From NCBI RefSeq assembly GCF_001194135.2, contig NC_068984.1, positions 77,276,290 to 77,340,289 of the forward strand: a stretch of DNA of 64,000 bases. Direction: 5' to 3'. The notes below the pieces were generated by a model. That model had not been told where the DNA came from. It ran no database searches and saw only the letters and a program-made list of their open reading frames with translations. Source of the stretch: Octopus bimaculoides. Lineage: Eukaryota. A program made the translations under genes and the position numbers. Every line of letters begins with the position of its first letter. The first letter of the stretch is position 1. Of this stretch, positions 51,268 through 64,000 are shown piece after piece.

Positions 51268-52693
51268 TTTATATATTTATATTTATATATTTGATCCTTT
51301 ATATTGAACACTCAATATTTCATCTACATTCAATACTTTCTTTCATGGTGCCATCCATTTTTATTTTATTTTATTTTATATTATATATTGTATATTCCAT
51401 ATTCTATACCCCACATTGGTTCTGCAGGAATATAAATAAAACATAACAAACAGACAGTGTTGGAACTCTTTTAAACAAAATAATATATATATANNNNNNN
51501 NNNNNNNNNNNNNNNNNNNNNNNNNNNNNNNNNNNNNNNNNNNNNNNNNNNNNNNNNNNNNNNNNNNNNNNNNNNNNNNNNNNNNNNNNNNNNNNNNNNN
51601 NNNNNNNNNNNNNNNNNNNNNNNNNNNNNNNNNNNNNNNNNNNNNNNNNNNNNNNNNNNNNNNNNNNNNNNNNNNNNNNNNNNNNNNNNNNNNNNNNNNN
51701 NNNNNNNNNNNNNNNNNNNNNNNNNNNNNNNNNNNNNNNNNNNNNNNNNNNNNNNNNNNNNNNNNNNNNNNNNNNNNNNNNNNNNNNNNNNNNNNNNNNN
51801 NNNNNNNNNNNNNNNNNNNNNNNNNNNNNNNNNNNNNNNNNNNNNNNNNNNNNNNNNNNNNNNNNNNNNNNNNNNNNNNNNNNNNNNNNNNNNNNNNNNN
51901 NNNNNNNNNNNNNNNNNNNNNNNNNNNNNNNNNNNNNNNNNNNNNNNNNNNNNNNNNNNNNNNNNNNNNNNNNNNNNNNNNNNNNNNNNNNNNNNNNNNN
52001 NNNNNNNNNNNNNNNNNNNNNNNNNNNNNNNNNNNNNNNNNNNNNNNNNNATATATATAGATATAGATATAGATATAGATATATATATATATATATATAC
52101 GTGTGAGTAGACAAACGAAAAAAGGGCACTCAATACATTTATTAGGAGTTACATGCATAGATCAAAACAGTTTGATTCAGACTCCTTGGTACTCTGAGTT
52201 TCAAGCGTGTGACTAGTCTTCGACCATTGGAATCTGAATGAGAGTTCGATTGAAGAGAGTCAATGTTTACTACTTGACGTTAGTCTGCGATAGGCCGAGA
52301 TGGTCATGTGGTATACTAGCCCGATGTTGGTATTTCAGCGACAACAATTAGTTGGAAAATACCGCGTGGTTAACAGGAAATCGACATCGTGGTAACAGGA
52401 AATTGACCACGAGGTGGACAAGAAATCTATCGTGTTCTTGCGGGGGGGGGGAGTAGGAAGGGGCGGTAGATGTGGAGGTTTATATGTATATATTACATGT
52501 ATATGTCCATTCATCTGCGTGTATGCATCCGTACTTTTACGAGTGTGTATGTGTGCTTAGAAGCACACTCACACAACCACGCGCACGCACACGCACGCAC
52601 ACACACACACACACGCACGCACGAAATCGCACATGCACATGCACTGTCACGCGCACACATATACGCATGCAGTTGTGAGAGTACATATGCCAT

Positions 52694-52917
52694 ATAAGAC
52701 CAGTTCAAATATGTTTCGAGGTAGTTGAGCCAGTAAGAGTTTTTCGCTGCAGATTGTCTAGGAGAACTGATGGATGCATTTCTCTTCAGCTGTAGATACC
52801 AAGAGAAGCAACTTTGAGCAGCTTACGAAGTAAAACCCCTTTATCCGAAATCAGTAAATATTATCTACTTCCTTTACAGGTTCAAATACCTCTGAAATGT
52901 GTTTGAACTGGTCTTAT
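52694..52917. mobile_element. MITE with ~40-bp imperfect TIRs
   Basis: Left ataagaccagttcaaatatgtttc-gaggtagttgagcc versus right (reverse complement) ataagaccagttcaaacacatttcagaggtatttgaacc. Confidence 0.75.
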
Positions 52918-52949
52918 CTGTGGGGTAAGGATTTAGGTGTGGGGGTTTA

Positions 52950-53640
52950 GGGATATCAATGAAGAGAGGAGGTAAGTAGGAGTGAAGAGACGAAGTGAGT
53001 GTCAGATGAAGAGATGATGGGAGTTTGAGCCCATGTGGCGCAAAGGAGCGAAGAGAGAAAATTAATTCCTGTTCACGACGAAGTCCGGATGGCCCCTATG
53101 CAAAAACAGTCCGAACACAGACAGATGTTGTAGTGAATGACCGGTAGGGCGGAAATAGCGTGAGCCGGGGTGTCATTGCTGAGTCTGACGTCTCGGAGTT
53201 GCTCCGCGAACCAGTAAGCCAAGCGGCGTCCCGTTTAACCGATATACAGGGAAGGGCAGAAAGAGCAGGAGATGCAGTAAATGACGTGGCTAGACGTGCA
53301 GGTAAAGGAGTCGGTGATGTAATAGGGACGATGACGGGTGCCTGTGAGGGTGGTGGCTTTGGAGAGGTAGGGGTAGGTAGAACGAGCTAGGTTGGGAGAT
53401 GGACTTAGGGAAGAAACTGTGAACCAAGATGTCACGCAGGTTATGGGCTTTTTTAAAGGAGGGAAGGGGTAGGTTTGGGAAGATGTGCGAGGTGGAGCGA
53501 TCGGACTGGAGTCGCCAGATGGCTCGGAGAATGGTGCGTTGGAGGGGCATGGTGGAGGGGTGGTAGGTGAGGGGAAACGAGAGACGGACAACGGCGGGGC
53601 GGGGCAGGGAGAAAGAGCAGAGGCACGGTCCACGAGATGT
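52950..53640 (-). mobile_element. 5'-truncated Penelope-like element: linker plus decayed GIY-YIG endonuclease
   Basis: Frameshifted minus-strand pieces: FPNLPLPSFKKAHNLRDILVHS; FTCTSSHVIYCISCSFCPSLYIG*TGRRLAYWFAEQLRDV; RYFRPTGHS; RREQELIFSLRSFAPHGL. These are hallmark PLE GIY-YIG motifs with a CxxC linker. Confidence 0.9.
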
Positions 53641-53802
53641 GACTTATATTGTGTCTGGTGAGAGTCATTCTCTTTCAGTGCCTTATTATTTAACACACTC
53701 ACCAGTTCGATTTCCACTCGTTTACTTATTTATTTTTTCTACAATTCTCGTTGCGTCTCGCAACCTTTTCAATATATATATATATGTATGTATATATATA
53801 TA

Positions 53803-53879
<77 letters not shown>

Positions 53880-55619
53880 GTATCTATAACTTCCGTTTTT
53901 ATTGGTTTGGTCTCATAGAAGCGATGTACCCGTTGCCTTCTGCAAAATGAATGAATGAATATGCTTGTAAATAAAATTGGCAAACATTAGCACTATAATG
54001 TGCTAAAACCTGACAGTATAATTTTATTAAACGACCAAGAATGATGCATCATATAAAAAACCGGAAAACGATTTGTTTTAAAGTAATCTACTTCGTTGTT
54101 TGATTGAACTTAACAATTAAAATAAAATGCGTGCGAAGCAGTTAAACCTGAAAACAATACATGTATATTTCACAAGGAAAACCATAACATTGATGTTATT
54201 ATATCTATGACTTTTTCAATGTGTATTTGTGCGTGTGTGTATGCCTGTGTGAGACAGTGTGTGTTTGTTTGTTTGTGTGTGTGTGTGTGTGTGTTTGTGC
54301 TTTTGATTTTAAAAAACACGTACTTTATGAGATGTCATACAGTGATGAATCAAGGTTGAAGAATTTAAAATTTAATTGTAAAAGAAGGTTATTGCGATTT
54401 GTTGTTTTAAAAAAATAGCTGAATAGCGAAATAAAAGAAATCGACTGGTGTAAATAACATATAATCTATGGTTATTAACTAAACAATAGCCAAAACCATA
54501 AAAGCAGTTATTTTACTATCTTTTAGTCAAAAAAGTGGATGGAAAAATAGGAAGAAGTCGCAAATCATGAGTTACTACATTAGGAACCATCGTATGATGG
54601 TATCGATTTATCCTGACTCAGGCACAAGGTTTGTCTGCAATGCATGCAAGCAACAGAGTGAATTCAGCTAAAGATACGTAAGAACTGGACGGTGAGCGTT
54701 CAACAGGTTGAAGTGTTAAGTCTATCTGTCACCCGCTCGTTATTCTTATTGTCTGACTAATTTAACCATCCCGTGAAGGTAGGCTGTTTCATATCGTCGT
54801 ATTAGCAATTCTGTGCTACGTCTGTAGTCATAGGAATAGGTCACAATTCCATCATAAGACGCATTTGGTTTAATGATGTTGATGACGATTAAGGTGGTCT
54901 TGATGTCCTTAGTGGTGGCAGTGTGGTGGTGGTGTTGGTGGTGGTGATAGTGGTGGTGGTGGTGGTGACTATGATCATGATGATGATGATGATCATGATC
55001 ATGATGGTGGTGCTAGTAGTATTAATAGTATTAATGGTGGTGTGGTGGCGGTGGTAACAATGTCGTCGATGACGACGATGATGATAATGACAACGGTCTT
55101 GCCGTTGGCATAGTTTTCTTACGACAAACAGGGGTACCATCGACAGCGTAAAAAAATATTTCCCAGTTGCGCACTATCAGTGTTTTCGTTAGTCTAAAAT
55201 GGCTCGATGAAGTCACGAATTACAACAAAAGGACTCTGAAAACCAATAGACTGATTTATCGAACGAATGAGTAATGAAACAATTGATTAATAAATTGGTT
55301 AATTGGTTAACTAATTGAAAACTAATAATAAAAATCAGTAAAATAGAACCATTGTACGTACTTTTCTTATTGGCGAAATGGCCGTTGCAGGATACAACAA
55401 ACTAGCGCTTATATCCTAACATAAAAACCAAAATTCTTTTCTCTAGGCAGTGTAGGTAAATACTGAGGTCGATTTGATGGACTAAACCCATGAAGGTGGT
55501 ACCCCAGTGGAGCTGCATTCCAATGACCGAAAGAGGTAAAGGCATAAAAGAATAAAACATTGTTTGTCAACAATGATAGATACAGATGATCTGTTTGTGA
55601 TATTACAGTCAAATAAATG

Positions 55620-55752
55620 CCACCGGGGTCGGCTTTTCCTTTTATCCTTTCCGGGTCGATAAAATATCTACCAGTTGAACACTGAGATCGATGTAATCGA
55701 CTTGCCCTCTCCCCACGATATTGCTAGCCTTGTGCCAAAATTTAAAACCAGT
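55620..55752 (+). mobile_element. SINE (family B), 5' truncated
   Basis: ggggtcggcttttccttttatcctttccgggtcgataaaat..gatcgatgtaatcgac..cttgtgccaaaatttaaaacca. Confidence 0.75.
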
Positions 55753-55834
55753 ATTACTGTCAACTAATTCCCTCCTGTATTGCAACACCATTTTACAATG
55801 ATGTTAGTCATCTTCTAGCGATATATTCATTTAT

Positions 55835-56035
55835 TCTTTTATTCTGTTAATTGTTTCAGTCATTTGACTGCGGTCATGGTAAAGCACCACCTTTAGTCGA
55901 ACAAATCGACCCCAGAAGTTATTCTCTGTAAGCCCTGTAATTATTCTATCAGTCTTCCCTCTAAGTTACGAGGACGTAAAAATACCAACATCGGTTATCA
56001 AGCGATGGTAAGGGGACAAACACAGACACACAAAT
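55835..56035 (+). mobile_element. SINE-like repeat (family A)
   Basis: gtttcagtcatttgactgcggtcatgg..tagtcgaacaaatcgacccc..ctaagttacgaggacgtaaa..ggggacaaacacagacac. Confidence 0.8.
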
Positions 56036-56490
56036 ATATACATATGTTTTAGCAGAGTCTGCTAAACTGAATTCACAAACACATATGTAACATCCAAAGA
56101 TACGTCTTTTTTCCTCTGATATTATGCTCATGTCGCATAAATGTAAATTTAATCCTTATTGAGTACTAATAGAAACAGCTGTAAGTGAAGATGATCAATT
56201 TGCTGTTAATAATAAACAATTATTAACTTCCCAATCTCCATTTTCTTTTCCTTCTTTTATATGAATATAAACTATATTTTTATATATATACCTATTATTT
56301 TAAGGAAATTCGTTCCTCCAAAATACTAGGTATTGAACCAGTATTTCCCTTGGGTGAAACCAATCCTTCATGAAGTTAATACAACCTCTAATTAATTTTT
56401 TGTGTGTGTCTATTCCTTTATTCATTTACTTGTTTCAGTAATTTTACTGTGGTCATGCTGGAGCACCACCTTAATAATAAAATATGTGAC

Positions 56491-56606
56491 ATGCTTACAG
56501 CATATAGGCTTCCCAAGCGGTCATCCAAGTACTAACTAAACTCGACGTTGCTTAACTTGGCTGATCGGACGAGAACCGGTGCATTCGACGTGATATAGCC
56601 GTATGT
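56491..56606 (-). pseudogene. 5S rRNA pseudogene (near full length, small deletion in box C region)
   Basis: Minus strand tacggctatatcacgtcgaatgcaccggttctcgtccgatcagccaagttaagcaacgtcgagtttagttagtacttggatg-accgcttgggaagcctatatgctgtaagc follows the metazoan 5S sequence. About 4 nt are missing between TGGATG and ACCGC. Confidence 0.88.
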
Positions 56607-58865
56607 ATGTATGTATGTATGTATGTATGTATGTATGTATGTATGTATGTATGTATGTACGTATGTACGTATGTATTATGTATCTATGTATGTATGTATG
56701 TATATGTGTATACGAGCGTATGAATGCAGGTAAGTCTACGTGTTTATGAAGTTTGTTTCCAAAAATATACCTCCTTGTTCGATTGCACCTCATGACGCCA
56801 TGATACAGGGTTTTTTTTTTTTTACCTCTAATGCCTCGAGTTGACTATTATCTTAACACCTTTCATGAGAAACTAACTTTATTTACTCCTTGTCGTCTCA
56901 TATTAGAACTATGTTCCTATAACTACTTAATCAGAAATTAACAGGCTGCTATAAATTTGCCTCACATATTTGAGTATAACACTGAAATTCTCCTACTTCT
57001 TTGACTGAGTCAACCCCAAGTCTATGGATAAAAATAACAAACAATTAGAATGTATTATATAACTAGCGGATGTTTTGTTGGGTCGCCCAGCTGAGCTTGA
57101 ATTCTAATCATTGACCAACTCTTTGTACGTTCTTGAAACCATATCGGGGATCAATTTTGCCTCACAGTTTCTTTATCAAAATAGAATAAATAGCAGTAAT
57201 ATACTGATATTATATAGTTGCTTTTTCAGTCAAATAACCAACAAAATTTATAGGTTTACGTTGGCTGAAATACATTATTAAGATCGTTATTAGTTATTGA
57301 TTTCTAAAACTGAGTCGATTACATCAAACCCACTACTTGACAAGTACATAGTTTATATTCTACACCCTGAAAAGGATGAAAGGCAGAGTAGATCATAGCA
57401 GGAATTGAAATCACTGCGTAAATTCACGTAATGAAATATCGCAAAGCATTTATTTATATTGGTTATCAACCCTACACTCTTCTCACAGTCGTTGTTTTCA
57501 TGTAACTATGGAGGTGATGTTTAATATGACTGACTGGCTGACCTGCTGACTACTTTGGCATTCCAACAACATAAAGAAAGAAGTAATGCAATGTGAGATT
57601 TCAGATATTAAAAGCCCTGTTTATTAAACATTCCGTTACTCAGGGCAACAAGACATTTCACTGGTAAATGTGGAAAGTTAAAATGGCGAAATATATATCC
57701 TCTTCCTCTTGAAAAAAAAAAATGTTGAATTTGTGCCAGACCAACTAAAACTATAATTAATATTGGAAATATTGATTCGCAAAAGGCCACAAATTAGTTG
57801 GAAGTGCGTGAGATCTATAATCAATTGACTGCCTCTTTCTTAATTTTACCGACACCGGTAATTTGAAAGACAAAAGACGGTATTTGAGCTCAAAACTGAC
57901 GGATGAAACTAATTTCTCCAAATTCTATTCCACTTCACTACCTCCGAAAAAATAATGAAGTAGAATGTAACAGAAACTGCAATTCTATTGAACTGAAGAC
58001 TTACAGTGCTTTAACCAATGGTGTAACTACACCATGCTAACTACACTATACTTAATTTGATTAAACTTCATTACATTTGTCGATATTATAAATACAACCT
58101 CTTAGGCCAGTTTCACCTTTCATTCTCGCAAGGTCCAAAAAATACGGTAATTGTTAGGCTTTGTTCCTATGTTAGAAAGAAATCAGTTTTAACAATACAC
58201 ATACTTAGTAGAAGCTAGTCTAACTGTAACAAAATACCCTGCAGTAATTTAGTACGGATCTTTACTTTCCAATATCGAATGCCTTCAAGGTTAACATTGC
58301 TTTTCACCTTTTCGGGCTTTATAAAATATAATACCAGTCATGTATTGTAGTCAATTTAATTAAAGTTTCTCTTTCTCCGAAACAGCAATGCTTTGCGCTT
58401 ATGACTAAAATCAATATTCAAATCACTCAAAGAAAATGGATTGACAGAATCGGTTGTGCGTTGGACAATATGCTTTGTGTTATTTAGTTTTGATATTTTA
58501 CATTTAGTTTAAATTCCATAGATATCCAATTTTGCCTTTCACCCCACAAAGTTCAACAAAATAAACCACTGTTTAAGCTATTGGGGAGATATAATTAACT
58601 ATATTTCTTTCAGAAATTATGTGTTCTTGTGACTAAGTTAACAAAGTGAAAAACACATGCAAAACTAGTTGATGAGCGGTATCGGAGGAGCACCTGTCAG
58701 ATTTTTTTATTTTTTTTGCAGGATTTAGTTACGTTCTTAATGTTCTATGCAATTTCGTGTCTGGTCTACTTTACTTTTAATCATACAAAGCTTGATAACA
58801 TTAGTACCTGCTAAGCACTGACTTCGATTTAATAAACTATAATTTCCCTTGACTACTCCTTCTTT

Positions 58866-58977
58866 GGCAAATTGGCAGAGTCGTTAGAGCGTTGGAAAGA
58901 ATGCCCCGTGGCTCACAGAGTTCAAATCACTCTAAAGTCAGCTTTGCCTTTCATCCTTACGAGGTCGACAAAAATAG
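58866..58977 (+). mobile_element. SINE (family B), 5' half
   Basis: ttggcagagtcgttagagcg..agagttcaaatc..gctttgcctttcatcc..gtcgacaaaaatag. Confidence 0.75.
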
Positions 58978-59009
58978 TTCTAGTTCCGGGCCGGATGAGA
59001 CGCTTCGTG

Positions 59010-59420
59010 ATATTTCTTCCAGTTCTTCGCGTTTTGATGATAAGCTGCACCATACTATTATTTCTGGTAAATGAGTATAACATTCCTCCGTAATATGCGA
59101 ATTTTCAGGTCTCCAGTAGATGTAACTGCGGTGGTTAATTGAACCATTTAATTTAAATCTAAACTCATCACTCCAAACAATCTTTGATAGCAGGTGTGAA
59201 TCTTTTTCATATCTTGTCAAATACTACTCGCAAAACTCTACTCTTCGATCCAGATCAACTTGAGAGTACAAACTGTGATGAATACTTGATGTTGAATTTC
59301 CTATTTTATGATCGCTTGCCGCACAGATTTTTTAAAACTCTGGCAATGCGTTCCTCGTACACTTTCTGGCTTTGTGGGGGCTCGTCGATGTCAGCAGTCT
59401 TTCGGAACATTTCTTGTGAA
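59010..59420 (-). mobile_element. IS630-Tc1-mariner transposase fragment (WSDE..F.LNG..N..YW..EN type)
   Basis: ..[53 protein letters not shown]..IIVWC covers the region around the first catalytic Asp. No TIRs were seen. Confidence 0.8.
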
Positions 59421-59469
59421 CATTCAGCAAAATTATGCAAGACTTTTCTTATGATCAAAGTGTGAATTT

Positions 59470-59578
59470 GTTTTTGTTATTTTACATTCCAGTGATGGAT
59501 ATTTCTGTCTTTGTTAGAAACAAACTCCTTCCTTGGAGGAAGATTTCAAGTTACTCAAAATTGAAGAGTTCATACATA
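59470..59578 (+). repeat. Diverged third copy of the (ATAC)n-associated element
   Basis: acattccagtgatgga..gttagaaacaaactccttccttggaggaagatttcaag..ttcatacatac. Confidence 0.55.
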
Positions 59579-60581
59579 CGTGCATACATAAATACACACA
59601 TACATACATGCATGCATGCATGCATGCATACATACATGCATACATACATACATACATGCATACATACACACATACATACATACATGCATACATACATACA
59701 TACATACATACATACATACATACATGCATACATACACACATACATACATACGTACATACATGCATACATGCATGCATGCATACATACATACATACATACA
59801 TACATACACGGGACTCTTCTGTTGATTTCGCCGTATAAGAGTTTAACAATNNNNNNNNNNACATACATACGTACATACATGCATACATGCATGCATGCAT
59901 ACATACATACATACATACATACATACATACACGGGACTCTTCTGTTGATTTCGCCGTATAAGAGTTTAACAGTTTTTGTTTTTTTCTTTTGTTTTAGTCC
60001 TAATGTCTATGCCTTTTATGAGATTTTAATCCAGCCAAAGATTTACAGACAAGTCCACAAACATACATACAAAATACATACATACAGACATAAATATTTA
60101 CATACATACAGACACATACACACATTGTGTATACACTATAAGTTGTTAGATTTGAAAAGTTATGTGTGACGAGGTTTATACATAAATGTGAGTATGAATG
60201 TGTGTGTATGTGTGTGAGTGTGTATGTGTGTGAGTGTGTGTGTGTGTTTGCTGGATTATTTATAGCAATTTATGGAAATAATAGAAGCTTAATCGTATAG
60301 CTATAAATAAAACGGAGACAGGAATTCGCACACATGAACACGTATACAAGCACACAAACAGCATTTTAGATAAGACAATGGCGAAAGATAAAAATTACAG
60401 AAACAGATCTCCAAATAAACATATAATGTTTGTGGGTAGCATGGGAGTAGAGGGTGTGTAAATGTACGTGTGATTTCCATTGGTTGAAAGTAGTCGTAAT
60501 TTCAAGTCAAATGAGAATATTTTAGCATCAGTTCGTTATCAACGACAGCGTATACAAATATCTACCATACGTAGGCATTTA

Positions 60582-60916
60582 CGAGGTGCTTTCAAAAAGT
60601 ATTCGACTTCATTTTTTACCCTCAGAACTAATATCACGTGGGCAAAATTCTTGAAACTTTTTGCACCGATAGGCCGTATCACTTACCGACTATTATGTCT
60701 AGAGAACATACTTGTAGTGCGCGCTCGTCGGATTTTCGTTTTCAGGCAAGATGACCGAACGCATCGAGCAGAGATATTTTATCACTTTTTCGCAAAAGCT
60801 TGGTGATAATCAAGCTCAAGCTACCCAGAAGATTCAGCTGGCTTTTGGCAATGACTCCATGGGGAAAACTCAGATCAAAGAGTGGTAAAACCGCTTCAAA
60901 CATGGCCATACCTCAG

Positions 60917-60980
<64 letters not shown>

Positions 60981-61400
60981 CACGCTCAGGCAGGCCATTC
61001 ACAAGCCGAAACGAGGAACCGATTGAGAATGTTCTACGAATAGTCATCGAAGACCGTTGTGTAACAATCCAGGAAATTGCTAACGAAGTGGGAATAAGCA
61101 CAGGTTCAGTGCATTCTATTTTAACGGAGGATTAATGCATGTGGGGAGTGTCGGCGGAATTCAACCCAAAGCTACTGCCGGCACAGTAGAAGCAACTCCG
61201 CATTCAAATCGCTCAGGACATGCTACAATGTGAAAACCGAGGTCCAGACTTCATGAAAACGATCATCACTGGTGATGAGATATGGGTTTATGGTTTCTGC
61301 TCGATGCATTCGGTCATGTTGCGTGGAAACGAAAATCTGGCGAGCGAGCATTTGTACTCCAGACATAATAACTGAGAACTGACGCAGCCTGTCGGAGCGA
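60582..61400 (+). mobile_element. Decayed mariner element with left TIR, (GA)n expansion and rearranged 3' part
   Basis: TA|cgaggtgctttcaaaaagtattcgac; ATG at 60751 (MTERIEQRY); ARSGRPFTSRNEEPIENVLRIVIEDRCVTIQEIANEVGISTGSVHSILTED; FMKTIITGDEIWVYG (TGDExW first catalytic Asp). Confidence 0.9.
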
Positions 61401-61636
61401 AAATTTTCTCTTCTCGTTTTGAGCTTAAATTCAACCAGGATTTCTCTAGAAGTCACTTGTGTTCAAAATTTGAGAGATAAATATATATATATATATATAT
61501 ACATATATATAAATTCATAAGAATGGTACAACAAGGTACCGATATTTGCTGGAAATTGATACATTTGTATTAACACATTTGTATTGAAATATTTTTCATT
61601 ATATATACATATATATATTTATATATATATATATAT

Positions 61637-61680
<44 letters not shown>

Positions 61681-62555
61681 AGAGAGTGAGTGTGTATGAG
61701 AGAGAGATAAGGAGAGGTATTAAGAGGTTCTAAATGCACCTCCATAAGAGGTTCTAAATGCCATACTACAGTATGGCACCCCTACAAGTTCTCTAGGGGT
61801 TGTGAGAGCAGGGGTATATATTTATGCATGTATTTATCTGTATTGGCAAAGGTGTGTTTGCAACTATTTCTACTTCCTAAGTAACTTTACGGGACCGCAG
61901 TATTTTATATAAAGTAAATGTTCTTGCAACAATCAATTTTGGCCAATTTGCATCTCATTACTCAGAGTTTCAAGATGAAACTGGTTTTGACAACATGAGC
62001 ATCATCAGGTGACGCAACATTGATAGAAGATATCGTCATATTCATCTATTATCTTTATCGCCATTTCCATACCCTGATCGCGCAAAATACCACAGCGGTG
62101 CTTTCTTTGATGTTGATGCATGCATTAAAACTTTGTAAGTGTCATGTATATTTTTTTCTCCCCTAGTCTCCTTATTTCACTGAACTTTCTCTTTCTCCTT
62201 GTCACTATGCTGCAGATATCAACTTCTATTTAATTTTTATTTGTTGTTTGTGGTTTTATCACTTTTTCTACGTATAGTTTGCTTTGCATCACTACGTGTA
62301 TATAAACGTATACATCAATTAAAATGTATTTTCTCCTAAAACTACCGAGGAAAAGCAGCAAAGAGTTGTTGAAATCAGCTGTATACTAATGCATAAAAAT
62401 ACCAATAACGTTTGTGTTTTTATCATATGGTATGGCTTGCAATCTGCACTTTACCATACACACCGATGTGGTACTTGAATTCACAGCACGTACGATACAC
62501 GAGTTTAATGTTGAATCGATAACCATTAAAAATGTGTCGTGCATGTTACCACACA

Positions 62556-62596
<41 letters not shown>

Positions 62597-63264
62597 NNNN
62601 NNNNNNNNNNNNNNNNNNNNNNNNNNNNNNNNNNNNNNNNNNNNNNNNNNNNNNNNNNNNNNNNNNNNNNNNNNNNNNNNNNNNNNNNNNNNNNNNNNNN
62701 NNNNNNNNNNNNNNNNNNNNNNNNNNNNNNNNNNNNNNNNNNNNNNNNNNNNNNNNNNNNNNNNNNNNNNNNNNNNNNNNNNNNNNNNNNNNNNNNNNNN
62801 NNNNNNNNNNNNNNNNNNNNNNNNNNNNNNNNNNNNNNNNNNNNNNNNNNNNNNNNNNNNNNNNNNNNNNNNNNNNNNNNNNNNNNNNNNNNNNNNNNNN
62901 NNNNNNNNNNNNNNNNNNNNNNNNNNNNNNNNNNNNNNNNNNNNNNNNNNNNNNNNNNNNNNNNNNNNNNNNNNNNNNNNNNNNNNNNNNNNNNNNNNNN
63001 NNNNNNNNNNNNNNNNNNNNNNNNNNNNNNNNNNNNNNNNNNNNNNNNNNNNNNNNNNNNNNNNNNNNNNNNNNNNNNNNNNNNNNNNNNNNNNNNNNNN
63101 NNNNNNNNNNNNNNNNNNNNNNNNNNNNNNNNNNNNNNNNNNNNNNNNNNNNNNNNNNNNNNNNNNNNNNNNNNNNNNNNNNNNNNNNNNNNNNNNNNNN
63201 NNTATATATATATATATATATATCGGCATTCGCCATCATAGATCGCTGACCACTACACATATAT

Positions 63265-63422
63265 TTGTTTTCTCTCTTTGTTTCTTTCTGTGTTCCTTTC
63301 TGTTGTGGAGCATAGGCTCGAAACGTTAAAGACTCTCTCTATTCCCGAGCGTTATACTAATAAATCCATTTGTTGTTTACACCACCTGTCTTCATCTGTT
63401 GTTTTTTCGTGAATTCTCCTAT
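63265..63422 (+). mobile_element. Second copy of the repeat at 37860-38022 (probable PLE terminus)
   Basis: Colinear alignment over ~150 bp; hammerhead-like topology at 63296-63331. Confidence 0.65.
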
Positions 63423-63886
63423 ACACATATATTCACGATATTAACTTCCGTTTAGTACATACATAAACGTGTATGTATTTAGACATATTTTGCTCAAAAA
63501 GGAGAACCGAGACTGGTCTTGAAATGTACTTCTTTAAAGACAGGCTGGTAGTGGATATCACAATCTGATTTTATATCTAAAATACATCAAGTGAAAATTT
63601 CGTTATTTTAAATGTCGTTGATTTTCATTTACAATCTTACAGTGTTCACAGTATTCCGTATTATTTAGAATTCAGAGATATAATGTAGCATATAATCTAT
63701 GAATTAGAAGAAATCAAATAAGAAAATGGTCGCGTTCCCTATAAATAGAGAATAAATGTTTATTTTGAAAATTGGCTTTGATACTGATATATAGAAGCAC
63801 ATGTATATAAACACGTAAACAAATGCACTGCTGCTACACAAAAGGCTTTTTATATATACATATACATACATGCATACGTATGTATG

Positions 63887-63946
<60 letters not shown>

Positions 63947-64000
63947 CATATATATACATATATATACATATATATACATATATACATGTATATATGATTT

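Noticed and set aside
52880-52924. Exon-like segment cctttacAG...ctgtgggGTaagg
   Set aside because: The translation (SNTSEMCLNWSYLW) does not fit TM4, and the segment is the right TIR of the MITE at 52694-52917.
59805-59970. Exact ~43-bp duplication with preceding ATAC/ATGC repeats on both sides of a 10-N gap
   Set aside because: Most likely overlapping contig ends (assembly artefact) rather than a real tandem duplication.

Overview
This is AT-rich, gap-riddled and microsatellite-dense eukaryotic draft-assembly DNA. The repeat content looks like a coleoid cephalopod, probably Octopus (inference). The only host gene found is on the + strand: five GT-AG exons (737-850, 5606-5718, 6981-7075, 16479-16641, 20037-20193) splice in frame into about 214 codons of a class B1 (secretin-family) GPCR. 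They cover the hormone-binding ectodomain through the start of TM4 and most resemble the invertebrate PTH/glucagon/secretin-receptor-like group. No further exon was recognisable in the remaining ~44 kb. The rest is transposon debris: tRNA-derived SINEs, mariner/Tc1 elements and MITEs, a hAT 5' end, a Helitron PIF1 helicase fragment, a MULE remnant, an R4/Dong-like 3' end, Penelope-like (PLE) GIY-YIG fragments and a 5S rRNA pseudogene. The most notable hidden structure lies between 37.8 and 63.4 kb. It is a cluster of hammerhead-ribozyme (HHR) motifs, two with a complete core and several degenerate, most embedded in inverted-repeat or fold-back modules. One hairpin occurs in opposite (flip/flop) orientations in two homologous copies. 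All alignments, folds and translations were done by eye; repeat boundaries are approximate.
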